From: Faecousia sp.
GTDB lineage: Bacteria; Bacillota; Clostridia; Oscillospirales; Oscillospiraceae
Reading direction: 5' to 3'
DNA length: 64,000 bases
NCBI GenBank assembly: GCA_045602725.1
Contig: JAZSCE010000076.1
Span: 22,919 to 86,918 of the forward strand
Positions 8,518 through 17,955 of this stretch are shown one piece after another (position 1 is the first letter of the stretch; each line of letters opens with the position of its first letter). The position numbers and the translations under genes were made by a program. The notes below the pieces were generated by a model. It made no database searches and was not told the origin of the DNA. It worked only from the letters and a program-made list of their open reading frames with translations.

Positions 8518-9741
8518 ATGAATAAAGAAACTATGATGAAGATCTTGGAGGATACTGCCTATGTGCGGCTGACCGGTACGGAAGCAGAGCTGCGCTGCGC
8601 AAAGTATATCCAGGACAAGTGTGCTGAGATGGGCTTAAGCGCCACCATCGAGCCTTTTGAGGTGCAGCTTGCTAACATCAAAAAGGCAGAGCTGTACGCA
8701 GACGGTGTGAAGCTGCCCTGCACTGGCTACTTCCTGGCAGGCTGCGGCGAGGTAAAAGCACCTTTGTACTACCTGCGCTCTATGGAGGAGTATAATCTGT
8801 CCCAGTGCAAGGACAAGATCGTGCTGGTTGACTGCTATATGGACTACTGGGTCTATCAGGATCTGCTGAAATACGGCGCTGTGGGCTTTATCACCTATGA
8901 CGGCAGGATCAACTATGTTGATTCCGATATTGATCAGCGAGAGCTGCGTCCCTTTGTCAGCCGTGGTGTGAAGATCCCCGGTGTGCACGTCAATGCCAAG
9001 ACTGCCGTTGCGCTGGTAAATATGGGCGAGCCGATGCTGAAGATCGTGCTGGAGCAGGATGAATTCACAGGCGATGCCCACAATGTGGTGCTGGATATGC
9101 CCGGCGAGATCGACCAGTATATTGTGCTGAGTGCCCACTATGATACGGTGGCGCTGTCTGTTGGTGTGTATGATAATATGTCCGGCGCTGTGGGTCTGTT
9201 GGCGGTTGCGGATTACTTCACAAAACATCCCCATCACTATGGCCTGCGCTTTGTATGGACCAGCGGCGAGGAGCAGGGCGAGAACGGCTCCAAGGCTTAC
9301 TGCATCGCCCACGCTGATGAGCTGCACAAGTTTGCGCTGAATATCAACTTGGATATGATCGGCTGCATTATGGGCAAGTTCATCGCCTGCTGCACGGCTG
9401 AGGAGCAGCTGGTTACATATCTGAAGTATATGGGCCTGGAGTGGGGTATGCCAGTCCACGCCTATCAGGATACCTATTACAGCGATTCCACCTCCTTTGC
9501 CGATAAGGGTGTGCCTGCGCTGTCCCTGGCCCGTATTGCACCCAATGATACGGCTACCATCCATAACCGCTATGATACCATGGCGATTATGAAGGCCGAG
9601 CAGATGGAGCAGGACGTTGCATTCATCACCGCCTTTACGGAGCGGATGGCCAATGCAAAGTGCTGCCCTGTGGGCCGTGAGATTCCCGACAATGTGAAGG
9701 AAATGCTGGATTACTATTACTCACGCAAGAGAAAGAAGTAA
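8518..9741 (+). CDS. M28 family aminopeptidase with PA domain
   Basis: SAHYDTV, GVYDNMSG, SGEEQGENGS, NLDMIG, SDSTSF, IHNRYD; RBS AGGAGG. Confidence 0.85.
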   Translation: MNKETMMKILEDTAYVRLTGTEAELRCAKYIQDKCAEMGLSATIEPFEVQLANIKKAELYADGVKLPCTGYFLAGCGEVKAPLYYLRSMEEYNLSQCKDKIVLVDCYMDYWVYQDLLKYGAVGFITYDGRINYVDSDIDQRELRPFVSRGVKIPGVHVNAKTAVALVNMGEPMLKIVLEQDEFTGDAHNVVLDMPGEIDQYIVLSAHYDTVALSVGVYDNMSGAVGLLAVADYFTKHPHHYGLRFVWTSGEEQGENGSKAYCIAHADELHKFALNINLDMIGCIMGKFIACCTAEEQLVTYLKYMGLEWGMPVHAYQDTYYSDSTSFADKGVPALSLARIAPNDTATIHNRYDTMAIMKAEQMEQDVAFITAFTERMANAKCCPVGREIPDNVKEMLDYYYSRKRKK

Positions 9742-9767
9742 GGATATAAAGCAGTGATCAAAGAAGC

Positions 9768-9885
9768 TGTCATTCTGAGGGCCGTTAGGTCCGTGGGAAT
9801 CTCCCGGTACAATCACCAAAGGTTCCGTGCAGTGATTTGGACAGTACCTGGAGATTGCCACGTCGCTGCGCTCCTCGCAATGACA
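9768..9885. repeat. REP/MITE-like palindromic element, family B
   Basis: Imperfect terminal inverted repeats TGTCATTCTGAGG / CCTCGCAATGACA and inner AATCTCCCGGTAC / GTACCTGGAGATT. Confidence 0.7.
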
Positions 9886-9907
9886 TACTAACGAAAGACG
9901 TTGAAAT

Positions 9908-9929
9908 AGCCCCCTCGAGAGAGGGGGCT
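9908..9929. terminator. Hairpin terminator between the convergent M28 and RND genes
   Basis: AGCCCCCTC-GAGA-GAGGGGGCT followed by TTT. Confidence 0.65.
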
Positions 9930-9937
9930 TTCCTATT

Positions 9938-12900
9938 TTATTCGATGATTTTTTTGGCTTCATCCTCTGCCAGCGCCTGGGCAATAAACTCAGCCGCATC
10001 GTCGGGGATATCGTCCAGGCTTTCGCTGCCGATATCCACCACTTTGGGGGTGCGCTTGAAGAATATATCGTACAGCACCGGGACAACGATCAGGGTCATC
10101 AGCGTTGCATACAGCAGACCGCCAATGATAACGATGGCCATACCCCGGCCCATCTGACCCATCATATCGTCAGAGAATACCAGCTGCACCATCGCCAAAA
10201 TGGTGGTCAGCGTGGTCATCAGGATGGGACGCATACGGGTCTTGCCGGTGGCGATCAGCGCAGAGCGCCGATCCATACCGCCGATGCGCAGCTGATTGAC
10301 ATAGTCAACGAATACGATGCCGTTGTTAACAATGGTACCCATCAGGATAGCAAAGCCCATCAGCGACAGAAGGCTCAGCTGCTCGCCCAGGAGCAACAGG
10401 CCGATCATACCGCCGGTGAATGCCAAAGGAATCGTGAACATAACGATGAAGGGGGACTTGAGACTTTGGAACTGCGCCACCATAACCAGGTAAATGAAGA
10501 TGACACCCAGCAGAAGCAGCAGCACCATTTGGACCACCATTTCGTTTACGCTTTCGCTTTCGCCTCCCATACCCAGGTTGTAGCCATAGGGCAGCGTTTT
10601 CTCAAATTCAGCCAGCTTATCCTCCAGCTCACGGGAAAGAAGCGTAGCATTGTAGCCTTCCTCTACACCGGCAGAAACGGTGACATACCGGGTCTGATTC
10701 TCACGGCTGATAGAGCCGACGGAGGTGGTCTCCACAACGGTTGCAAAGTCGGACAGCTTGTGGGTATTGGTCACCATAGCACCGGTGGTATCCATCGAAG
10801 TGCCTTCCAGCTCAATATCCAGCAGATTTTCCACGGTTAATGGATCGGATTTGTCGGTAACGGAAACATTCAGATTTGTGCCGTTTACGGTAATGGTGGT
10901 AGCGTTGGCAGAGGTGGTCATCTTCTCGGTGATGGCCATATAGATCTGCGCAACAGTAAGGCCTGCGGCCATTGCCTTGTCCTTGTCGATCTGCAGATGG
11001 ATGGTGGGATCGCCTTCGGAGAAGCTGGTGGAAATGTCCTTATAACCGGGAACAGTTTCCACAACCTTTACGGCATCTTCTGCAATGGTTTTCAGCACAT
11101 CCAGGTCATAGCCGTAGATGTTCAGGCTCAGGCCGCTGCCCAGCATAGAAACGAGATCGCTCATACCGCCGGCAGAGGCTTCCAACGTACAGGGAAGGTC
11201 AGTACAGCTTTGGTTGATATCCGCGGTGATGCGCTGGATATCGGTGGCGGAACTGCCGGCAGACGCAATGACAAAGTAGGAGTAGCTGCCATAGGAATCG
11301 TTGGAGCCGGACATACCGCTGAGCATACCCGCTGCGGAACCGCTGGTCATCACGCCCACATTTTCAACGCCGTCAACAGCAAGCAGGCGGTCGATCACCT
11401 GGTCAGCTATTGCATAGGAATCCTCACGGGTCATATCCTCCGGCGTGGTAACGCTGATCTGAATCTGATTGCCGGTCATCTCCGGAAGCAGAACGATGCC
11501 CATATTCAAAACAGCGACAATACTGCCAGCCAGCAGCGCCACGGAAATGAGGATGGGAACGAACTTGCGCCGCAGGCACCAATCCAGGAACTTACCGTAA
11601 ACATTTAGAATTTTGTCATAGAAAGGATGCGCTTTCGGCTTGGAGTTGCGCAGCATTGTGGATGCGGCGGCAGGCACGACGGTCAGCGCTACGATCAGCG
11701 ATGCCATCAGGCAGAAGCCGATACAAAGTCCCAGCGGCAGCAGCAGATCTCGAACCATACCCTGCGTAAAGACCATAGGCAGGAATACACATACGGTGGT
11801 CAGGGTAGAGGAGATGATAGGGCCTGCAACCTGCCTGGCGCCTTGTACTGCAGCCCGGGGAGCGCTGATGCCACGGCCACGCAGACGGTAGATGTTCTCA
11901 ATCACAACGATTGAGTTATCCACCAGCATACCAATGCCCAGCGCCAGGCCGGAAAGGGTCATCATATTCAGCGAAATGTCGGTGAAATACATCAGCACCA
12001 GCGTAAACATAACAGACAGCGGAATACTGATGGCAACTACCAGCGTGGGCTTTACATCCTTCAAAAACAGCGCCAGGATAATGATTGCCAGCAACGCACC
12101 CAGCACCAAACTGGAAACGATGGATTCAATAATGATGTCAATATAGCTGCCCTGATTCATCAGCGTCAGGATCTTGGTGCCGCTGTACTTCTCCTCCAGC
12201 TCGTCAATGGCCTCAAGGCAGTTCGTGGAGGTCTCATTGGTGCCGGTGGTACTGTTTTTGAAAATGCTGAGAATAACGGATTGATCGCCATTGAGCCGGG
12301 CATAGGTGGTGGCGGCATTATCAATCACCGTAACGGTTGCCACATCCTTAATGCGCACCTGACCAATGCCGTTCATAGAAACCAGCAGAGTGTCTGCAAT
12401 GTCATCAGCGGAGGTATAGGTTTCGCCGACTTTCAGCAGCCAGCTGTTGTCATTGGCGTCGTCAATGTAGCCGGCAGGCATAGAAAAGTTTTGGGCGTAG
12501 ATTAACTGGGAAAGGGTGTTGATATTTAGAAGCTGGTCGAGATTTGCTTTGGAGAGAGCTTCATCCCGGGCAGATTCATACTGCGCCCGGGCAGCAGCCA
12601 ACTGGCTCTCGGCTGCGGTAAGCTGAGCGCTGGCGGTGGCAAAGCCAACAGCAGCTTCCAGCTGCGCCTGGGTAAGGCCGGCGTATGCGTCCTGCAGGCC
12701 TGCCAGGATATCGGGCACAGAGTCCAGCACGCCGGACAGATCCTGCAAAATGCCGTCAATGCTCTGGATGCTGTTCAGCAGCAGTGTAATGGAGGGCAGG
12801 GGCGTATTGTTGGGAATGGCCTGTTCGATTTTTTCCAGCAAGGTATAAATTTGCTCCGCAACAGTTTGCAGATTGCCTGACAGCTGCAAAAGATCTTCAA

Positions 12901-13813
12901 CAGACAGATTGCTCTGTGACAGCTTTGCAGAAATCTCATTCAGCTGCGCGATCAGCGCATCCAGCGCCTTAATAATATCGCTGTCGGTGATTTGATTGCG
13001 CATTGTCTGCAGCTGCTTGAGCAGGGCGTTGACTTCCGCCTGCATTTGATCTGCAGAATTTTGCACGCCGGCATTGAGTTGGTCGAAGATGCCGTTGGCC
13101 ATCGTAGCACCGAAGCTGGATTGGGCCTTGGAAAGCTCCGCTTTACCGGCAGCAACCTCCGCCTCGGCTTTATCCAGCTCCTGCAATGCATTTGCCAGCT
13201 GGTCACTGACATTGCTCAGGATTTTATCGTTCAGCGATTGGATCAGCGAGGGGTTCAGCTCTATGTGGACGTTCTTCTCAATCAGACCAATGGAGGATAC
13301 GCTGGCAACACCCGGCTGCCGCTCCAGATAGGGCTGGACGGTATCCGTAATAAAAGCTGATAGCTCATAGATATCATAGCCCTCGTGGCTGACGGAAATG
13401 TACATCGTTGCCATCATATCCATACTGATCTCGATGATGGACGGCGTGCCGCACACCTCGGGCAGCGTGGCGGACATCTCCTGCAGCGTGCTTGAGACTT
13501 TGACAAGGGTTGATTCCATATCCGTACCTTCGGCAAACTCCAGCTGTACCATGCCGAAGTTTTCCGACGAGGTGGAATAGACATTTTCCACACCGCTAAC
13601 TGTGCCCAATGCGCTTTCCAGTGGCTTGACTACATCCATTTCTACTTTCTCCGGGCTTGCGCCGGGATAGGGAGTCACCACCATCAGATAGGGAAGGCTC
13701 ATATTGGGCAGAAGGTCGGTGGTCATTCGTGTGACGGCAACCACACCCAACACCAGAACCATTATCACAGCCACCAATATGGTAAACGGCTTTTTAACAC
13801 TCAATTTTTCCAT
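9938..13813 (-). CDS. RND (AcrB/SwrC-like) efflux permease with a long helical insertion
   Basis: YPGASPEKVE, GMLVDNSIVVIENI, GTIVNNGIVFVD, RMRPILMTTLTT; ~230-aa Q/L/A-rich insert. Confidence 0.93.
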   Translation of the reverse strand: MEKLSVKKPFTILVAVIMVLVLGVVAVTRMTTDLLPNMSLPYLMVVTPYPGASPEKVEMDVVKPLESALGTVSGVENVYSTSSENFGMVQLEFAEGTDMESTLVKVSSTLQEMSATLPEVCGTPSIIEISMDMMATMYISVSHEGYDIYELSAFITDTVQPYLERQPGVASVSSIGLIEKNVHIELNPSLIQSLNDKILSNVSDQLANALQELDKAEAEVAAGKAELSKAQSSFGATMANGIFDQLNAGVQNSADQMQAEVNALLKQLQTMRNQITDSDIIKALDALIAQLNEISAKLSQSNLSVEDLLQLSGNLQTVAEQIYTLLEKIEQAIPNNTPLPSITLLLNSIQSIDGILQDLSGVLDSVPDILAGLQDAYAGLTQAQLEAAVGFATASAQLTAAESQLAAARAQYESARDEALSKANLDQLLNINTLSQLIYAQNFSMPAGYIDDANDNSWLLKVGETYTSADDIADTLLVSMNGIGQVRIKDVATVTVIDNAATTYARLNGDQSVILSIFKNSTTGTNETSTNCLEAIDELEEKYSGTKILTLMNQGSYIDIIIESIVSSLVLGALLAIIILALFLKDVKPTLVVAISIPLSVMFTLVLMYFTDISLNMMTLSGLALGIGMLVDNSIVVIENIYRLRGRGISAPRAAVQGARQVAGPIISSTLTTVCVFLPMVFTQGMVRDLLLPLGLCIGFCLMASLIVALTVVPAAASTMLRNSKPKAHPFYDKILNVYGKFLDWCLRRKFVPILISVALLAGSIVAVLNMGIVLLPEMTGNQIQISVTTPEDMTREDSYAIADQVIDRLLAVDGVENVGVMTSGSAAGMLSGMSGSNDSYGSYSYFVIASAGSSATDIQRITADINQSCTDLPCTLEASAGGMSDLVSMLGSGLSLNIYGYDLDVLKTIAEDAVKVVETVPGYKDISTSFSEGDPTIHLQIDKDKAMAAGLTVAQIYMAITEKMTTSANATTITVNGTNLNVSVTDKSDPLTVENLLDIELEGTSMDTTGAMVTNTHKLSDFATVVETTSVGSISRENQTRYVTVSAGVEEGYNATLLSRELEDKLAEFEKTLPYGYNLGMGGESESVNEMVVQMVLLLLLGVIFIYLVMVAQFQSLKSPFIVMFTIPLAFTGGMIGLLLLGEQLSLLSLMGFAILMGTIVNNGIVFVDYVNQLRIGGMDRRSALIATGKTRMRPILMTTLTTILAMVQLVFSDDMMGQMGRGMAIVIIGGLLYATLMTLIVVPVLYDIFFKRTPKVVDIGSESLDDIPDDAAEFIAQALAEDEAKKIIE

Positions 13814-13969
13814 GAAGCAAGCATATCCTTTGCCAGAAATTTTCCAATTTATATTATAACACAGTTTCGCTCAATAATATATAAACATTTAGTGAATTCT
13901 CAAATTATTTTCATTGAAATGCGTAATAATTTCGCCTATAATGAAGAAAATGGGAAGGAGGGCTGCCCA

Positions 13970-14644
13970 ATGGCGAATATTCAGGTGACCTTAAGCGCCA
14001 ATGCAGGTGTTTCAATCCAAATCCACAAGCACCGTATATGGGTGGATGTTCTGCACGAGGACAAGCAGCCCGGCTTCTCTGCGGTATCCCGGGAATTGTT
14101 TGAGAAGATTCTTGCAAGTGATGCGTTCATGGCGCCGGATTATATTTGCGTGACCCACGATCACCCTGACCATTATTCGCGGCGGCTGGTGGCACGCGCT
14201 TGTGAGCTGTGGCCGGCGGCAAAGCTGTGCATTGCAAAGCCGTTCAAGCTGGAAGATGGAGACCTTACCCTGGAATTTATCCGCCTGCCCCACGAGGGCG
14301 CGCAGTATGCCGATGTCGTGCATTATGGCATTTTGATTACTGCTGCCGGGAAACATATCCTGATCCCCGGTGATTGTGAAACGGCTGCTCCAGCCTTGAC
14401 GCAGGCGGTAGGGAAGCGGCAGATCGATCTTGCGATCCTGAATTTCCCCTGGGTCACGCTTTCCAAAGGCAGAGCCTTTTTGCAGCAGATTAAGCCGAAG
14501 CATATTCTGCTTTGCCATTTGCCCTTTGAAGCGGATGATGGAAATGGCTTCCGCAAGTCTGCCGAGAGAAATGCGCGGCTGCTTCCGCAGATGGATGTGC
14601 GTCTGCTCAGCGAGCCGCTGCAAACGGTAATTGTAAATATTTAA
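13970..14644 (+). CDS. MBL-fold metallo-hydrolase
   Basis: THDHPDH motif, later H, GD and H residues; RBS AAGGAGG. Confidence 0.8.
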   Translation: MANIQVTLSANAGVSIQIHKHRIWVDVLHEDKQPGFSAVSRELFEKILASDAFMAPDYICVTHDHPDHYSRRLVARACELWPAAKLCIAKPFKLEDGDLTLEFIRLPHEGAQYADVVHYGILITAAGKHILIPGDCETAAPALTQAVGKRQIDLAILNFPWVTLSKGRAFLQQIKPKHILLCHLPFEADDGNGFRKSAERNARLLPQMDVRLLSEPLQTVIVNI

Positions 14645-14666
14645 GGCGTGCCAACCGGCACGCCTT
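14643..14666. terminator. Bidirectional terminator; possible divergent member of the AGGCTTGACC family
   Basis: AAGGCGTGCCAACCGGCACGCCTT shares its outer arms and CCAACCGG core with copy 3. Confidence 0.6.
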
Positions 14667-14670
14667 TTTG

Positions 14671-15660
14671 TTATGCAAAAATGGTTTCTAAGAATTCCTG
14701 CTTTTCAATGCCACCCAGCATTTCCTGCAAATCGAATTTGTCAAGAATTGCGGCTACGGCATCCTCCCGATAGGTGCAGCCGATCAGCGCTTGTGCCAAC
14801 GGCTCCACAGGGACAAGCGCCAGGAAATCGCCCAGGATGCGCAGATCCTGAATACAGCCGTTGGCAACGGACAGATGGATCTCGATCACACCGGCGGCAT
14901 AGCGGTTCTTTGTCTTACGCTGGAACTTGGGCGAATGACCGAAATTCCATTCCCAGGTGTCATACTTTTGTGTCTTCAGCTTCTCTACTTCGGCCAGCTC
15001 TTCAGCGCTCAGGGAAGTGGGGAGGATGCCATCGGCAGACAGCGCAGTTTTCAGGTAATTCCAAAAGGCTTGCAGCGACATATCCGAGGGCAAAAGTTCG
15101 CGGATATTGCCCACACGGCTGCGGACAGATTTTACGCTCTTGGATTGGAACTTGGTGGGGTCCGGATTCAGCGCGCCGGCGATCATCTCGGGATTGGATT
15201 CAAACAGCAGCGTGCCGTGGTGTAGGATGCGACCCCGGATAATATGCTGCGCTGTGCCGGAGACCTTACGGCCGGAAATAAGAATGTCATTTCTGCCGGA
15301 GGCTTCCGCGTCCATTCCCAATGCCTTCAGCGCAGCTACCACCGGCGCAGTAAATGCCTGGGCAGAGCGCTCGGCAATATCGCCGGCATCGGTGATGAAG
15401 GAATAGTTGAGGTTTCCCATATCGTGGTATACAGCGCCGCCGCCGGTATTGCGCCGGATGACTTTGATACTGTGAGCCTTTACGAATGAAGAATTGATCT
15501 CTTCTTCAGCATTTTGATTTCTTCCGATTATGACGGCATTGTAATTCTGCCACAGAATCAGATAGTTACCTGTGCGGCGATGCGTCTGCACATATTCTTC
15601 AAATGCCAAATTGTATGCAGGGTCTGTTGACCCGGTTTCCAGGTAAAACGTATTGTTCAT
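14671..15660 (-). CDS. lplA: Lipoate-protein ligase A
   Basis: DPAYNLAFEE, IIGRNQN, RRNTGGGAVYHDMGNLN, GRNDI, KVSGTAQ, HHGTLLF, SVRSRV. Confidence 0.93.
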   Translation of the reverse strand: MNNTFYLETGSTDPAYNLAFEEYVQTHRRTGNYLILWQNYNAVIIGRNQNAEEEINSSFVKAHSIKVIRRNTGGGAVYHDMGNLNYSFITDAGDIAERSAQAFTAPVVAALKALGMDAEASGRNDILISGRKVSGTAQHIIRGRILHHGTLLFESNPEMIAGALNPDPTKFQSKSVKSVRSRVGNIRELLPSDMSLQAFWNYLKTALSADGILPTSLSAEELAEVEKLKTQKYDTWEWNFGHSPKFQRKTKNRYAAGVIEIHLSVANGCIQDLRILGDFLALVPVEPLAQALIGCTYREDAVAAILDKFDLQEMLGGIEKQEFLETIFA

Positions 15661-15779
15661 AAGAACCCCTCAGGATGGAATACTGGTAGTGTATCTATGT
15701 TTTTATGATACCCAAAATTGCGTGGTTGTCAAGGTGAATCGAAGCATAACGCGGATGTCAATTTGTTATGTCTACCAGC

Positions 15780-15909
15780 TGTGGATAAATTTCAATAAAA
15801 GTGTCGGAATTTTATTTAATTTGGTTGCTTTTGTCGGCGGGTGGTGTTATAATACAATCAACTTATTATCGGAAAGTGGGGGAATATATCCACAGCTTCG
15901 TGTGGATGC
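15780..15909 (+). promoter_or_regulatory. SigA promoter of the nucleic-acid utilisation operon, with DnaA-box-like sites
   Basis: TTGCTT(15825)-N17-TATAAT(15848) with extended TGn; TGTGGATAA at 15780, ATATCCACA at 15886, TGTGGATGC at 15901. Confidence 0.6.
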
Positions 15910-15958
15910 ATTTCAGACTTTCTGTTTCGATTGCGATTTTAGGCGGTGAAGGATAACG

Positions 15959-17092
15959 ATGGATCGAAAATTCAGGCTGTCCACAGCCTTGGATATTGAC
16001 GATGTGCTGATGGAGTGTGTACCCTATGCCATCCGTCTTGCCAATGAAAGATATAAGTTTGATCCACCGCTGAGCATTTATGAGGTGGATCGCTGGGGCA
16101 AGCTGGGCACCCGTGCGGATGTAATCTTTGAGATCTTTCAGGATCCGGAGTTTTACCGCAACCAGCCTGTCTTCAAGGGTGCCCGCCAGTTTGTGAAAAA
16201 GCTATCGCAGCTTACAGAGGTTTTTGTTTCCACTTCTGTCTGGCCTCAGTTTATGAGCATCCGGGCAGAGCGCATTGCCCAGGAATTTCCCGAGATCCCG
16301 GCTGACCATATTTATATGGGCTCACGCAAGGATAAGATCGATGTGGATATCCTATTTGATGACGGTATGCACAATGTGATGCGCTCCAATGCAGCCTATC
16401 CCATTTTGATGCGGCGGCCCTGGAATCAGGATGCCACCGGTGTTCTGGCGGTCAATACCTATGATGAGTTTCTGAAGCTGGTCGAGATCATCTCCGACAG
16501 TTACAGCACCAAGACCCAGGGCTTCAATCCGGACGAGCCGGGCATCGTGGTTTTGGTCGGCCCCTCTGGCAGCGGAAAGACCGATATTGCCAAGCGCTTG
16601 GTAAGACGGGGGAAGCGATTTGAAAAGCTGATCAGCTACACCACCGATGCGACGGTCGGTCTGCACGGCGGCGAGTGGTATCATTATATTTCCCTGGAAG
16701 CCTTCCGGGATATGCAGGAAAACGGTGAGCTGTTTGAGTCCACGATGTACGCCGGCCATTGCTACGGCTCCTGCAAAAAGGATGTTGAGAATATCCTGGC
16801 ATCCGGCAAGCACGTGCTGACGGTTATGGATATCTGCGGCGCAATGTCGCTGAAGACCAATTTCCCCAATGTGGCTACTATCTATATCAAGCGTGACAAG
16901 CGGGACCTGGTTGCCGCTGTGCTTGAGAAGAACTTAAGCAACAAGGAAAAGACCAGCCGTATCCTTGCTTTGGATTCAGAGACCCAAAACGCAGCGATCT
17001 GTGACTATGTGGTTCCCGGTGATGATTTTGATCAGGCAGCCAAGGAAATCCTAAAGGGCCTGTTCAAAACAGGAAGCCGGAAGAAGGGGTAA
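15959..17092 (+). CDS. Fusion: HAD 5'(3')-deoxyribonucleotidase (NT5C-like) + guanylate kinase-like domain
   Basis: N-term ALDIDDVL, VSTS, K, DILFDDG, RPWN (NT5C pattern); C-term LVGPSGSGKT P-loop, LISYTT, YHYIS, YAGHCYG. Confidence 0.8.
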   Translation: MDRKFRLSTALDIDDVLMECVPYAIRLANERYKFDPPLSIYEVDRWGKLGTRADVIFEIFQDPEFYRNQPVFKGARQFVKKLSQLTEVFVSTSVWPQFMSIRAERIAQEFPEIPADHIYMGSRKDKIDVDILFDDGMHNVMRSNAAYPILMRRPWNQDATGVLAVNTYDEFLKLVEIISDSYSTKTQGFNPDEPGIVVLVGPSGSGKTDIAKRLVRRGKRFEKLISYTTDATVGLHGGEWYHYISLEAFRDMQENGELFESTMYAGHCYGSCKKDVENILASGKHVLTVMDICGAMSLKTNFPNVATIYIKRDKRDLVAAVLEKNLSNKEKTSRILALDSETQNAAICDYVVPGDDFDQAAKEILKGLFKTGSRKKG

Positions 17093-17095
17093 GCG

Positions 17096-17938
17096 ATGTA
17101 TTGTGATCTGCATACCCATTCCACAGCATCCGACGGAACCTGCACGCCGGCTGAGATTATCCGCCTGGCTGAGCAGCGGAAGCTGTCTGCGGTGGTACTC
17201 AGCGACCACAATACGGTGGCAGGCCTTGCGGCATTTTTGGCAGCAGGGGAGAATAGCCCGGTAGAGGCTGTGCCGGCGGTGGAGTTTTCCACCCAATACG
17301 GTGAAACAGAATTGCATATTTTGGGCATGTTTATCCGTACGGAAAAATATGCGGTGGTCACGAATCTGCTGGAAGAGCTGCTCCGCGCAAAAGAGCAGAG
17401 CAATATTGCCCTGGTGCAGAAGCTGGCCGGCGTTGGCATCACGCTGGATTATGAAAAGATCAAAGCGCAATCCGGCAGCTATGTGAACCGTGCGGTGATC
17501 GGCGCGGAAATGGTGCGGCTTGGCTATGTGGCTTCCGTGCCGGAAGCGTTTGATCAATACCTTTCCGAGAAGAGGGGCTTATATGTGCCGCCCCGGCGCT
17601 TGGATGCTTATGATGCGATCCGGTTTATCAAGTCCATCGGTGCGGTGGCGGTGCTGGCGCATCCGTTGCTGAATCTGGATGAATCCGGTTTGCGCATATT
17701 CCTGCCGGAAGCAATCGAAGCCGGCCTGGATGCAATGGAAGTTTACTATTCTAAATATAGCCCGGAGAAGACTGCGCTGGCGGAAAGTATTGCGAAGGAG
17801 TTTCACCTGCTGCCCAGTGGCGGCAGTGACTTCCACGGTGACAACAAGCCCGGCATCGACCTGGGCGTGGGCAGGGGAGACCTGAAGATCCCCGATTGCT
17901 GGCTGGAAGCACTGCGCAGCCGTGCGAATAATTTATAA
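17096..17938 (+). CDS. PHP domain hydrolase (YciV/TrpH-like)
   Basis: DLHTHSTASDG, SDHNT, VEFS, HILG, VLAHP, SGGSDFHG. Confidence 0.9.
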   Translation: MYCDLHTHSTASDGTCTPAEIIRLAEQRKLSAVVLSDHNTVAGLAAFLAAGENSPVEAVPAVEFSTQYGETELHILGMFIRTEKYAVVTNLLEELLRAKEQSNIALVQKLAGVGITLDYEKIKAQSGSYVNRAVIGAEMVRLGYVASVPEAFDQYLSEKRGLYVPPRRLDAYDAIRFIKSIGAVAVLAHPLLNLDESGLRIFLPEAIEAGLDAMEVYYSKYSPEKTALAESIAKEFHLLPSGGSDFHGDNKPGIDLGVGRGDLKIPDCWLEALRSRANNL

Positions 17939-17955
17939 TGTATAGGAAGTAAAAA

